Source: the human T2T-CHM13v2.0 reference genome, Homo sapiens. Taken from it: a stretch of DNA of 64,000 nt. The stretch lies in the NCBI RefSeq assembly GCF_009914755.1, contig NC_060929.1, one strand, 5' to 3'. Shown piece after piece: positions 34,112-47,803 of the stretch. The notes under the pieces are model-generated. The model searched no databases. It had not been told where the DNA came from and saw only the letters and a program-made list of their open reading frames with translations. The translations under genes and the position numbers were made by a program. How positions within the stretch are numbered: the stretch's first letter is position 1; each line of letters opens with the position of its first letter.

Positions 34112-34335
34112 GCAATAGTTAAATTCAAGGACGGTGGAGTCAGATTCCCTGGGTTCAAGTCCATGCTCTGCCACTTCTAGTAATGATACTTTGAGTAAAT
34201 TATTTTTCTGTACTTCAGCTTTATCAGGTGAATGTCATGGGAGATGACAAATCCCCGTAAGTCATAGGATTATTTTGAGTACTAAATGAACAAACTGAAA
34301 AGCAACTAGCAGAGGACATGGCACACAGTACATAA
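34112..34335 (+). mobile_element. MIR
   Basis: ggagtcaga...ctgggttcaagtcc...ctctgccactt tRNA-like head. Confidence 0.65.
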
Positions 34336-34869
34336 TTATAATAGGTCATCCCACAAAAATATGCCATGTAAACTACTCCGAATCTTTAAAAAGTGCATTA
34401 TCCTCACTCATACAGAGGAAGCTAATAGAAGTTTAGTTTATAAATGCACTTAATGACAAATATTACTTTAAAAAAGGCACAGGCCTGCAAAGAAAACATG
34501 TACGAAGGGCTGCTTTTTCCTTTGATTACATGGTGCAAGACTTCTATAACTGCATGACTAAGAAGTACTAAGATCTGATGATTGTGTGTATTTAAAATCC
34601 TGTCATCAGCACACTAGACCAGTCATACCACTATGCACTTGACAATGAAAACAGAATTGGTGAAGCAATACTGTGGTAGTTCTACTTTCCTCCCACCAGT
34701 GAACCCTTTCAGAATGGCTTGAGCTGGCAACAAAGCACGAAGCCATGGCTCAGCAGTGCCACGCTGGGGGAAAGAGTCCCTTTACCACCTTGTTTTCTAC
34801 ATAGAGGTAGTGTAACTGACTGTATTTAAAAAAAAAGATAATCACAGAGATACAGAGTATGTCCAGAGG

Positions 34870-35058
34870 AAGGCAGTATAGTGTTATAGTTAAAAGTATG
34901 CATAGGCTTTAGAATTAGACGTGCTTAGATTTTTATTTTTGGTTAATCTTTGTAAGAACACCCAAATGAGAATAATACCAGTAGTCTCTTCATAGGGCTG
35001 CTGAAGCATAAAGGAGAAAAGGCATGTAAGAAATCAATAATGTCAGCTATTATTATTA
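34870..35058 (+). mobile_element. MIR, internally deleted
   Basis: aggcagtatagtgttatagttaa head and tcaataatgtcagctattatt tail. Confidence 0.6.
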
Positions 35059-35267
35059 CCTTGACATTCATCTCTAATTTCTAAAATGTAACCTTCCTTT
35101 TAGATGTGGTATCTATGTGCTCTTCAGTGACATCAAAATTCATACTGATAGGATACCAGTTTTGAAGTATCATACAGCTTCTACTCCCATCTCCACCCCT
35201 ACTTCCCTGATTTTGTAAAGTGATTTGGTTTCGATTAAATATTGTAAAGGAAATAATCAAGTACAAA

Positions 35268-35401
35268 TAAGATGACTATAGATTCCAGTTTGCCCAGAAC
35301 AGTCTTGGCTTATGACTATTAAACTGGCATAATTAATAATAGAGTCTCCTTTCCCTGTTACAGTGCTCTGGCTTGAATGGGAAATAATTTGATCATCGTA
35401 T
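35268..35401. mobile_element. Short hAT MITE (MER94-like)
   Basis: ccagtttgcccagaacagtc...taattaataatag, with degenerate terminal inverted repeats. Confidence 0.5.
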
Positions 35402-36590
35402 ATATAACACGATGTTGAATGCTACCCTGGCAAACAGGTAAGGCTTATAAAGTTTCCTTCTGTTCAATGCTTAGCAATTTCAGCATATACCCCAAACGTA
35501 TAAACTGTCTAAAAATAACTATGTAGGAAAACACACAAGAGGTATTTCAAAAGGTTTCTAAGTTCAAAATTTAAGAGCAAGCCTTAGCACTGTGCTGAGC
35601 CCCTCACAGATGGACAAGCAGTCTCACACCCTGGTTAGGTAAACATGGCCAGCTGGATCTCCACTGTAGCAACAGGATAAGACAACATTCTCTTTTCCTG
35701 TGCTTTGAAGCCCTAGCTTCAATTCTTGCAATCTTTGTTTAATTTCAGGAAGGAAAAGGCTCTCCATAGGCAAGAACACCAAGGGATAGGGTATGTAAAC
35801 TGAAACTTCTTGGGTCACATGCGTTTATGAAGACAAGTCTCCAGCCACCAGTTAGGGAAAGGCAAGTTATGATTTATTATTGCAGGCGGCCAGAAGAGAG
35901 CAGTAATAACTTCCTTTTCCTTTCCTGCCTAGACCATGCTGCCACGTGCAAGCTCCCTCAACAACAAAAAAAGCATGTGTAAGATAGGTTTAAAAGAAAA
36001 AGAAAAGGAAAAAAAAAAGCAAACATTAAGTGATTGACAATCTGGGAGTTGAGAAAGAAGACACATGCTCTACAAAATACGTGATGTGGTTGGGGGTGGG
36101 GAGGGGAAGGCGACTGTTTGAAAAACTTGCTTTACCAATCAAGAAAACAGCTAGTATCTATTATATAAGAGACAAGTTAATTGTAAGGAAAAAGTAAAAG
36201 GGGTCACTTGCATAATAAGAAAATAGTATAAGTGATCATCATGTTGACTTGTTTGATTAAAACATTTTATTATGTAATATGACTGACCAGAGTAGGCAAG
36301 ATATTATAAAACACAGATTTGAAAATTACAATGAATATATGTGAAGTAGATACAGTATAAAAGTGTAAGTTAGGACTAAACATTGTCAAACCAAAAAACT
36401 AAGGCAGGCTCAGCGAAGAAGACATTGAAATGGTGACACAGTCTTAGATAGAAAAGTGAGAAAATTTACCAAAACTTTATGAAAAAAATTCTAGGTAATA
36501 GATTATAACTATAAAGCAGAGGAAGGCATGATTTCTGACCTCTGGGTAGAACTCATATTTTAGGAAAGAAGGCAGGTTAAGATACATTCC

Positions 36591-36937
36591 CTTTGTAGGG
36601 ACATGGATGAAATTGGAAATCATCATTCTCAGTGAACTATCGCAAGAACAAAAAACCAAACACCAAAACCAAAAAACCAAACACGCATGTTCTCACTCAT
36701 AGATGGGAATTGAACAATGAGAAAACATGGACACAGGAAGGGGAACATCACACTCTGGGGACTGTTGTGGGGTGGGGGGAGGGGGAGGGATAGCATTAGG
36801 AGATATACCTAATGCTAAATGACAAGTTAATGGGTGCAGCACACCAGCATGGCACATGTATACATATGTAACTAACCTGCACATTGTGCACCTGTACCCT
36901 AAAACTTAAAGTATAATAATAATAAAAAAATAAAAAA
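36591..36937 (+). mobile_element. 5'-truncated L1PA3-like 3' end
   Basis: 12-bp TSD aagatacattcc at 36579-36590 and 36938-36949; small internal duplication near 36650-36683. Confidence 0.93.
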
Positions 36938-37136
36938 AAGATACATTCCACAGAGACCCTTCATATTCTGAGTATTTATATATAGATTATCTCATTAGAT
37001 AGAACAATTCCTTTTTAAGTACACAGGTTGGTAGCTGAGGGATTATGTACCAGTTTTATGGATGAGGAAACTGATGCCTAGAGAGTAAGTGACCCACGCA
37101 TACCACATTCACATAATTAGTGGTGGCATAGCTAGA

Positions 37137-37304
37137 TTTTTTTATTTTTATTTTTAAGAGACAGGGTCTTGCTCTGTCACCCAAGCTGAAGTGCAGTGGT
37201 AGGATCACAGCTTACTGTAACTTTAAACTCCTGGGCTCAAGTGAACCTCTCGCCTCAACCTACTGAATGGTTACAACTACAGGCGTACACCAACACTTCT
37301 GGCT

Positions 37305-37338
<34 letters not shown>

Positions 37339-37457
37339 GTAGAAACAAGGGCTTACTATGTTGCCCAGGCTTGTCTTGAACTCCTGGCCTCAGGCAATCC
37401 TCCCATCTTGGCCTCCTAAAGCCCTGGGATTACAAGTGTGAGTCACTGCAGGCAGCC
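37137..37457 (-). mobile_element. AluJ-like SINE with linker expanded to T31, inserted in a MIR (36960-37130)
   Basis: Reverse Alu dimer; T run at 37307-37337. Confidence 0.88.
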
Positions 37458-37762
37458 TACATCTTTTAACTCCAGATCCCGTCTTTGTACCATGGCTATT
37501 TGTACATAATATCCTGTATTTTTTTCTTCTGAAATACTTATAAAACCAGTAAGGATTTGTTTGCCCTCATGTAGCCTCCATGAGGGCAAATCCATATTTG
37601 TTAACACCACATTCTCATTCCCTGCACAATGACTGGCAAATAACAGGTGCTCAAAAATTATTTGTGGACTGATGAAAGTGCTATTTACAGAAATGGATCA
37701 GGGAAGGTAATGGTTAGGAAGCTAGAGTAATGTCTGGTTTCATGTATTTAGAAATGACTTAC

Positions 37763-38161
37763 ATCACAGGTTGGTTCCCTAGGAAAGACTCTAAGACAAC
37801 GTTTAGCATGCAGGATATTAAGGTGTGTCGTTACAATCAACATCTGAAGAAGGGAGGGGAATGAGGCAAGAATGAACAGAGAGAGAAATTAAGGTGACAT
37901 GCAGGTCCCATTACAGACTTGCATAACCCCTGGGGAGCTCAGAACCCAAAATGGCCCTTCAGAGTTGTTCCAAGTTGGGTCTAGATGGCTTGGCCTTTAA
38001 TCTACCACACTGTTCTTTGAGTATGGGCACCAAAGTGGCTGAGGCAATCTCTGATGGGACTGACAGCTGAAGGATGTCTGCTGAGAGCACTCCCAAGGGC
38101 TGAGGCAGTTAAGTCCTTTATTGAAGGTGCAACTGAGTAGTGCATCACAGTGTCTACCACA
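37763..38161 (-). mobile_element. ERVL solo LTR (LTR16-like)
   Basis: Minus strand starts TGTGGTAGACACTGTGATGC; cagctgtcag...ttgcctcagc motif. Confidence 0.6.
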
Positions 38162-38207
38162 GGCCATAACAGAAATTATAGCATTTGTTTACCCTACTTT
38201 CAAATCT

Positions 38208-39680
38208 GTCTTTGACACACTGAGTTAATTCGAAAGCCTTGTCTTCAAGCTCTGAAGTTCTTTCTTCTGCTTGTTTGATTCCATTGCTGAGACTTTCCAG
38301 TGCATTTTGCACTTCTCTAAGTGTGTCCTTGATTTCCAGAAGTTGTAACTGTTTTTAATTTATATTATCTATTTCACTGAAGAACTTTCCTTTCATATCC
38401 TATATCATGTGTTTGATTTTTTAAAATTGAACTTCACCTTTCTCTGGTGCCTCCTTGATTAGCTTAATAATTGACTTTCTGAATTCTTTTTCTGGTAATT
38501 CAGAGATTTCATCTTGGTTTGGATCCATTGCTGGTGAGCTGGTATGATCTCTTGGGGGTGTTAAAGAACCGTGTTTTGTCATATTACCAGAGATGTTTTT
38601 CCAGTTGCTTCTCATTTGGATAGACTATGTCCAAATCTGGGATTCAAGGGCTGCCATTCAGATTCTTTTGTCCCACAGGGTGCTCCCTTGATGTGGTGTT
38701 CTCCCGCTTCCCCTAAGAATGGGGCTTCCTGAGAGCTGCACTGTAGTTGTTTTTGCTCTTCTGGGTCTAGACACCCAGCAGAGCTACTGGGCTCTGGTTG
38801 GTACTGGGAGTGTCTCCAAAGAGTCCTGTGATGTGATCCATCTTCAGGTCTTTGCAGCTATGGATACCAGCACCTAGTCTGGTGGAGGTAGCAAGGGAGT
38901 GAAGTGGACTCTGTGAGGGTCCTTGGTTGTGTTTTGTGTGCTGGTTTTGTGTTGATTGGTCTCCAGTCATGAGGTGGCACTTTCAAGAGCACATCAGCTG
39001 TGGTTCTATAGGCAGGATCTAAACTTGTCCTAGGGACACCTGGTTAAGTATTCAGGTTACTCAGGCGGTGGGCAGGGCCATAGAGCTCCCAAGAGATTAT
39101 GACCTTTGTCTTTGGCTACCAGGGTGAGTAGAGAAGGACCACAAGGTGGGGGTAGGGATAGGTGTGTCTGAGCTCAGTCTCTCCTCTGGCAGGCTGGCTG
39201 CAGCTGCTATGGGGGGTGGGGCTGTGTTTACCAGTCCAGTGAAGGAATATTCCCAGGGGGATTGTGTTCACCTCTGCTGAGTCATGCAGGTTGCCAGGAA
39301 AGTGGGGGAAAGCTGGCAGTCACAGGCCTCACCCCGCTCCCATGCGGCCCACAGTCCTAAAGGCCAGTCTCACTCCCACCATGCCCCACAACAGCACCGA
39401 GTCTATTTCTAGGCAGCCGGTGACCAGGGCTGAGAACTTGACCCAGACCATGAGCCTTTTTGTTGAGAAGGCACGCAGACTCACAGTTTTTCAGCATCTC
39501 AGGGAGCCTGCAGCAGTGATCCAGTTCCTTCAGAGGGTCTGTGGATTCTCTTGGCTTTCTTGGTATGTTCCTGTGGTAGTTCTTGGAGCATACATTCATG
39601 ATGTGAGCCTCCACACACTGCTCTGTCCATCCAAGTGGGAGCTGCATACTAGTCCTGCCCCCATCTGCCATCTTAATCCT
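38208..39680 (-). mobile_element. L1PB-type element consisting only of the 5'UTR and the start of ORF1
   Basis: Minus strand starts aggattaagatggcaga; ORF1 remnant SPAMDPNQDEISELPEKEFR is homologous to 900-980; 13/14 TSD at 38194-38207 and 39681-39694. Confidence 0.88.
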
Positions 39681-42600
39681 CTACATTCAAATCTAAATTT
39701 TCCTTCCAACCTGCTAACACTCCATTGTCTTATTCATGTACTCAAGATCACATCATGATTTGACTCACTAATAGCTAAGAGATCAAGTAGGTTTTTCTTA
39801 GATCTTAGATTTCAGACCTCTTACACACTGACACCATATTAACCCACTAAATGTTGGATTATGAAGAGAAAAACACAGAGCTAAAAGAATGTGAGGTCTG
39901 CTTTCAGAAGACTATTGAAAAAGCAAAAAAAAAAAAAAATCAAAATCACAAATTTCAAAAATCATCCTATAAATCCATGGGGAATGATTGGATTTTCTGA
40001 ATTTCAAATGAAATGTATATGTCAGATAAAGCAAGTTATACCTGTGATTTCAAAACTAAATGCATCTAAGTTTAAAATAACCCAAACTTCAAATAAAGTA
40101 TGCAATCATCACTACTTAGCATCTGGCGTAATACGCTGAAACCTGATGGTGTTGGTAGGGGAAGGAAGGATAAGTATGGACAGAGAGGTTTCACTGTAAA
40201 AGTAACAAGACGGCTTTTCAAATCTCAGCCTTTATTCCCTATGATACAAAGAAAATAAAGACTGTGCGATATAAATTTGGGGACTAAAGACATTTGAGAT
40301 TTTGATTCTTTTCCAATCTTAGTTGTTTTATGCCCTCAAATGTTTCTAAATTTTTGCCTCTAGAAATTCAGGGTAATCTTCATTTGATCACATTTCTTCA
40401 ATGTAAGCTCAGGTTTATGAAGCTGAAATGGTATAGCACTAATGTGATTGGCCTATATGGTGGGGGGTGGTTCTTGACCAGCTCAATAAAAACCATTTAA
40501 ATGTTCTTAAGACAGGATGTGTTAATCAACTGTGGGTTATTACAGCTGCCAGATACTGGGAGAGGTTGACACCCATCTGTAAATGAGAAAGTGACATCAT
40601 TATAATAAGTATAAGTCACAGGCCTTCTATATTGTTTGAAAATATTTGAACGAGGATCTCCAGATGGCTCTTCTACCTAGGAACTTATGCTAAATACCTG
40701 AAACTTCTGTTCCCTGCAAGTGAATACTGTTGCTTGAAGAAACTTCTATTCAACTAACTTTTAAGGGCTGTTTAAATGAACACTTCCCAACCAACAAATG
40801 TGGGACAATTCTTTAAGTTGGGATTTTAAAATCCGACTTGGATTACATGCTGGAAACATTTTTCTTATGAAGGCACATCTCACATTTCTGAAATAATGAA
40901 AGTCTGCAGAAATAAATGGTTTGAAAGGTTTATTTGAGATAGGACTTTTGGGGATTGCACTTACTGCACAAAACCATATAAACATTGGGTGGAAGAAAAG
41001 ACAGGATTGAATTTAAAGTAGCTACTTACCTCTATGTATATGGCTGCATCTTCCTTTCACAGATAGAGAACATGTATATACACTACATGTAACAAAAGAG
41101 CACTTCTGAGTTGATATACTAGTGAACCATAAACAGTCCACTATACAACAAGTTTCCTCTATCAATATCCACCCTAATGGAAAATACTGGAGTAGCACTT
41201 CAGATCACTAACAGGAAGAGGAAAACTCTGAAACCCGTCATTTAGACATCTGACAGCTCTGATGCATGAGAGCACTGAAAAATTTACACTGAGGAAGCGT
41301 TTATGTGTGAGTGAAGGTGAATTATTCTCTAGGCTACTTTAAAAAATTCCATTTTCTTTCATGTGTCTATTCCTTAGCACTTCTTTGGAGGACATTCCAT
41401 CAGTTGAGTCAATGATTCAGAGTCTCTATTCTATTATCATTAAGTATTGCCTCAATTTCATGAGTATGAAATAATTCAAACAGCAAAATTCTAAAATAAA
41501 TATACTTAGGAAGCACAGTACAGAGTGTTTAATAAGCATCAGTATTTATTATGGCAGGAGGCAGAATTTTTGTTACATCACACCTTTTGTTAAGTAGCCA
41601 ATATGAAATTCTATAAAATGGCAAATATATAAAAGAGTCAGTAGTTCACTAATTTAGAAAGTCAATTATGTATCACTGTTTCATATCAGGTTAATTACTT
41701 CATTTACATTTTCAGAATTTTAAAGTAGTGCCTGAAAGGTGACAGACTGACAGTACTACAGACTGCAATTCTTAAACTATTTTACTGAGTGTTAATAATA
41801 TAAAAGGCAATATACAAAACAGAATTACACACAGGTTTTATCTAATGTGATTATAAGTGAAATAGACATGGCACAGAAATGGGAGAACAAGAGAGGTGTT
41901 TTCAGAAAAATTTTACTGAAGACGTACAGTACAAGGGAAGTGATAAATTGCTAGATAGCTTCTATATTGTTCTTTTAGGCATATATGTATGAAAGGATGG
42001 CGGTTAAATATCAACAAAACATCAATGTGTCTGAAGGGAGGAGAGTGAATGACATTTGAGAGAAGTCAAAAGAAGAAATCTAGATTGAAAAAGAATAAAA
42101 GGGACTCCTTGAGGGGAACGTTTATTGTAATCAGAAGTATAATAAAAGGAGATACTACCACAGTCAGAGCACAAAAGAAGACTATGCATAGGAATGAGGA
42201 ACAAATGTTGAGTTTCCATAGTTCTGATTCCTTACCCACTTCCATAAGAACCCAACCTGCCACTCCTTATTGTGGGTGTCATGATGAAATCTACCATACT
42301 ACTTTCTGTCACTAAGTTGTCAGGAAAAGCAAGGCTTCCCTAAGTCTGTCTCTTCCCACACAACCACCAGCACATACTATGATCTATTAGTCCCCTTTCT
42401 CCTCAAACAAAAAAGGACAATAAACTCACTGCTGAATTTTCCAGTAATTCAATTAAATGTTTCTAGAAGGTAATTGATGCCACTTTTTATTCAGTCTGGG
42501 AGTGGGTGGGTTAGACTCTACTGCCTTAAGATTTACATTCTAATAGTTATAAATACAGGGCAATTATATCTCCTATGGCCTTTTATATAAAAGTGAATTT

Positions 42601-44454
42601 ATAAGTAACATCATGGTTTACTGAAACCATTTAAATATTATTTGTAATAATGGCATGGCTCCACCTGTACCATCACATAGAAGAAAAGAATGAAAAATTG
42701 TCAAGAATGTTAGAAATTATCCAATCCAATTGCTTTTTGTATGGATGAGAAAACAGATAAAGTGACTTAGGTGTCACCTCTAGTGTGACATGGGATAACA
42801 CCAGTATCAGACTCCAAGTTCCACAACTGATAATGCCTCTCCTTCACTCTATGCTACAGTGCACTACCTAAGAGCACATATGCCTTAGTTCCTTGATGGT
42901 ATGTCCTAGCACTTTCCTTCCTTGTAATACTACAGGCTCCAAAGTGATTTACTTTTATGTAAGTCTTGGGTTGACAGGCCACCAAGGTGGTTTGTACACA
43001 TAAACTGCTTTAATTCCATGGACTGAATGGCTGTTGTTTTATTCTTTTTCTGATCAATTTGGCAGGTCAACTCAGTCAAACTGGTTTCTTCATGTAGATA
43101 CTGCCTTACTATGGAAATGAAGGTGGAAACATTCATCTTTGTCAGAAATTATGTCAAATTATTCAAATTTATTGGTGAATTACAACAAACATCCCAGCTG
43201 ATGAACATCTCAGTCATATGTTTTTTAGAGAACACTTATGGTCCTGAAAAGATAACATTGCAATGAGCTTTCCCATTCTGAAGCAAAGATGTTTGGATAG
43301 AGAATGGGGTCTGTTATTCAAGATAATAATTTATTTCAATCATAAAAATTACAAAGATATCCAGAACTGTAAGTATCAAAATATATCCCTTTAGATAGTG
43401 TTGCTGTTGTTTTCTTTCCCCCTCTCCTTGTTATGGTCCTCTTTCAAGACTCTTACGAAGCTGTCTCTAAGACCCTTTCTGTCAGTTTCCATCTTTTCTA
43501 TAGACATACTATAGCCTTCACATTAACACTGCTTCTCTGGCTTGAGGTAATAAACGATTAGCTACAGCACAGTGGTGTGATGTTCATGTTATTCTTTGCT
43601 GTACTACACCTAGCCAATGTTTCAAAAATTAATGCAAGTATATCAGGATCTGAAATTAACTTTTTATAGCCAAAAGCAACATCCTGCTAGGAGGAGAAAA
43701 ACCTATTATAAATGGGCTGGCATCTGATTGCTTGTACATGGTTAGTACCAGGAAACTAACATTTCAAATTATAAAGCGTTGAATATAACAAAAGCTGCCC
43801 CATATTGATTAATCACTGTTTTGTTTATGAACTGATAAGGTCTAACTAGGTAGTATCTATTATTAGTAAGTCACAGATCTATTACTAAAGATCTGAGATG
43901 AACCTAAATTGGCTAATGTTTTTATGATGTTATATAGAAATAATTAGAAAAAAATACCAGCATGAAAAATAACAGCATTTCCCCCGAACTGTATATTATC
44001 TTGGGATATATTTTTTCCAGGTAATTATTTAAAACTAGTCACTAAAAATATATTCAAAAGTATATGTTATTCAATAAGCACTATCAAAAAATCACTTTGA
44101 AAAATGCGAACAGAAAAAATCAACCTAGGATAATGCACATATCTATTTCTCTTTGAAAAATTTTAAATAATTTCTAATTGAAGTACCTATATAGGAGAAA
44201 TCAATTTAATGTGCTACAAAGCAAAGGTATTTAAAAATTTTATTTAAAACTGCCCATGTGTTTATATTCAGTTATTTTACTGGTGTTTAGACCAAGCTTG
44301 ACTATAGTGGTAATCTTTTTTGTTTCTTTTCATTCAGGATGTAAAACATATGCTATGAAAACTTTAAAATCTGCAAGAATACTTTATTTAAATTACTCAT
44401 GTTAAAAATCAATACCTTTAGCTAATAAAAATAGGGCATGATTTAACTGCATAT

Positions 44455-44457
<3 letters not shown>

Positions 44458-44505
<48 letters not shown>
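44458..44505. repeat. (CA)n microsatellite
   Basis: Direct reading. Confidence 0.95.
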
Positions 44506-45535
44506 AAGATACAGCTATAACTCTAGAGGAGAAGGATATAAAATTTTACCAGTTCTGGCATGTTTAATTAATTAGGAGAACAGTGTAAAATAGTTGTCTA
44601 TATTCCTTAGGCTACTGATTGCTTTCTACATTTGGAAGATGGGGGACAAGACGGGAGAGGAGGGAGTTTTATTTTAAAAGTGCGTATTAAAACAAAAATG
44701 TTATTAATGTCCTTAGAGATTACAGGTGGTGCTATAGATTGAAACATGAATATTTAGGCTTAGAATGGACACTAAAATTCTAAAAAATAAATGGAGCAAA
44801 TCTTTATATTTTAAAAAGATTTCAAGCTATAATTATCGATTGAAAATGTTTACTTAATTATGTTGTCACTTGATTTTCAACTAGTAGCCACAGCTCTAAT
44901 CTATAAATAGAGTTAGGAATGGTAGCACATCAATTTTTCTCTTTCATTTTTAAATGATCAGCTGAAATAGAGAATGAAATGCAATCTTTAATATAGTTTT
45001 AAAAGACTTTAAGTTACTTTTGAACTACAAACATGTGAAAAATTACAAATAGGATCACTGACAGTAATTTTTATAAGTAAAAAGGTACAAATTGTTGCTA
45101 TTTGTGCTCTTCATTCTTAATCCTTTGCTTATCTTTCTTTTGACCTTTATCCAAATGAATCACACTAACTCTTGAATGCTTTCTCTCACTTGATTTCTAA
45201 AGCTGTTCATCACACTTGCTGGCTAGAAGCACAGCTGGCAAGGGATCTAAGCCTCATCACTGGGCAAACTTGCCCTTCTGGTTTTGCCAAGAATGACATT
45301 TCCAATGGAAGAAAAAGTTACTGTATGGGACACTGGATACTCTATTTATTTGTGAGAACCAATAGCTCCAACCCCCTTTGTTAGCACTACATATAGGCAT
45401 TAGAAATAAAACCAAAATAACAAAGGATCAAACAGCCTAGAGTTCTCTAAATTCAATTGTTAATTAAAGTGAGAGCACAGAAACCAGCCGAGTATTTTTA
45501 TTCATTTCCTGAAGAAAGATGCAACCAAGGATAAG

Positions 45536-45554
45536 CAGTGCCCCCTAGTGTCAA
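45536..45554 (-). promoter_or_regulatory. Candidate CTCF site
   Basis: Minus strand ttgacactagggggcactg closely matches the CCACYAGGGGGCRCT core. Confidence 0.55.
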
Positions 45555-47571
45555 TAACCACAGACAATAAAAGCTAGAGAAAAGTTGCTAATGTTAGCTG
45601 AACTAAATTATTAAAAATATATGTTTTAATACATGATAAATTCATCATTATTCAAATTTTAGACTTTACATGTATATAAAAGCACACCCACATCATTTAT
45701 TTAATACTGACTTGCTCAGGAATGTGCACATGTGAGGGCACATGCACACACACTGTACACAGACTGACATGGCCAAGATGTCTTTAATGTTTCAGGCAGC
45801 TCAGAAAAAAAATTCCACCCAGCACAGCAGGCCATGCATGAAGCGGGTGTCAGCAAGCCCTACAGAATCACTCACTGTGAAGACATCTAATAGGAACTGC
45901 TGAATACACAATACAGGCAGCATGGCCTGAATGGCTAAAGTGGAATGGCCAGAACGAAGTCTGAAGGTTTTCAAATACAACCAAAATTATAATTCAACCA
46001 GTAAAGAATTTTTAGACATTTTCTGTTTTTATTGTTATTAGGAAATTAGTATATTTAGCCTGTATTAGAGACTGATTTTGAAAATGCTATAACTTTTACC
46101 ATGCATATTCTGAATATTGAATCCTAAATCTGAAGAACAAATAAATATACATCCTCTCTTTGGAAAAAAATGCAACACAAAATTCAAATATTAAAAAACA
46201 CTAAATATATTTTATAAAATTTAAGTCAAGATATATTTTCTCTGATAAATCTTATAAGAAAATTTAAGTTATTTTTAAAAGACAAATTAGGTATCTAGAG
46301 AGTGATATATGTGCCAAACAGGTAAAGTCAGTTTCTTGTTTTGTGAAATACTGTCACTTATTTATTAACAGCAATTTTTGTCATAGATGACACATAAATG
46401 GGGGCAAAAAAGAAATCACAATGAAAAAGAAAACATCCATACAAATAAAAATGATAAACAGGAAAAACCAAAAAGCCAGGAGGACTGGGTATGTATGTAT
46501 CAAATAAGCATCTAATAAAAAGCAAATTAATAAGATAAACAATTGCTTAATTTTATTTACATAAAAAGTACAAGGCAAGAAAAATTCAAGGCTATTTAAA
46601 ACATGTATTTATACAGAAGTCCATTTGTGAATTACTTTTTCACATAAACCAATAATGCATATAGGACTAGTTTTTCATTTTAAAAAGCACAAGACATAAT
46701 TATGCTTTTATAAAAAGATTGCTATGTGCATTTAAGTTGCTCCATCTTTAAAAGGATGAAGATGCAAATGCAATAGTTTAGCAGGCATAAACAGAATTCC
46801 AGAATGATGTTTAGCAGTAGATAGGTATTTTGGCCATTTACAATAAATTCTGGTTAAAACAGAAGCTGAAACTTCAACTATTCAAATTTAGAAAAAGTTC
46901 TAAAATGCTTACTATTGAGTTTTTAAAGAAGCATAATGATGGCAAGACTACTAAAATCTTTAAGAATTAAAGAACAGCAGCAACAACAAAAACCCCCTTC
47001 TTACATATAACAGTATTTCGCTAACATCCAGAAGGAAATAAAATGTAGATGGACATATTTACATTCATGCTAATTGTATGGACACACATTTTGTTGCATT
47101 AACAATTATGAGTTACTTCTCACAAAAATCTCCAATGGAAATGGAGTATTATACCACATGAGTAATAACAGGTGCCTGCTTAGATAGGTGATAGTGAAAA
47201 GTCAAATTTGTGTGCCTATCCACGAGGAATGAGGACTTGTTTTTTCCTTGGTGGAACATGTGCAGTTTAGCATGCTACTGCAGCTGGCACTAAACATCAA
47301 GTAATTTTCTGCAGCTCTTCAACAGACAAAAACATTATACATATAAAGTTGTTATGTTCTTTCATGTCTTTTACAAATTTTTGTTTTCATGGATACTACA
47401 GCTTTCATCTTTAATTCAACAATAGACTACTTGGTGGTTATTTGTTATTAATATAGGCATAAAGTGATGTGAGATTTCTAAACCCACCCTAGAACTCTCC
47501 TACTTCAATTCCCTCTCCTCCCTCACCGCCCCCCCACCCAAAAAGAGGGATAAATTCTAAAGGCTAAGATG

Positions 47572-47803
47572 TAAGATGAGAACACATGAACACATAGAGG
47601 GGAACAACACATACTGGGGCCTATTGGAGGGTGGAGGGTGGAGGGTGGGAGGAGGGAGAGGATCAGGAAAAATAACAAATGGGTACTAGGCTTAAGACCT
47701 TGTGATGAAATCATCTGTATAACAAACCCTCATACACAAGTTTACCTACATAAAAAACCTGCATATGTATTCCTGAACTTAAAAGTTAAAAAAAAAAAAA
47801 AAA
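47572..47803 (+). mobile_element. Older L1PA 3'UTR fragment
   Basis: gagggtgggaggagggagaggatcaggaaaaataac...tcctgaacttaaaagtt(A)n. Confidence 0.85.

Noticed and set aside
39264-39758. 164-aa ORF
   Set aside because: It lies antisense in an old GC-rich L1 5'UTR, lacks an ATG start (ttg/gtg context at 39264) and shows no ORF0 similarity.
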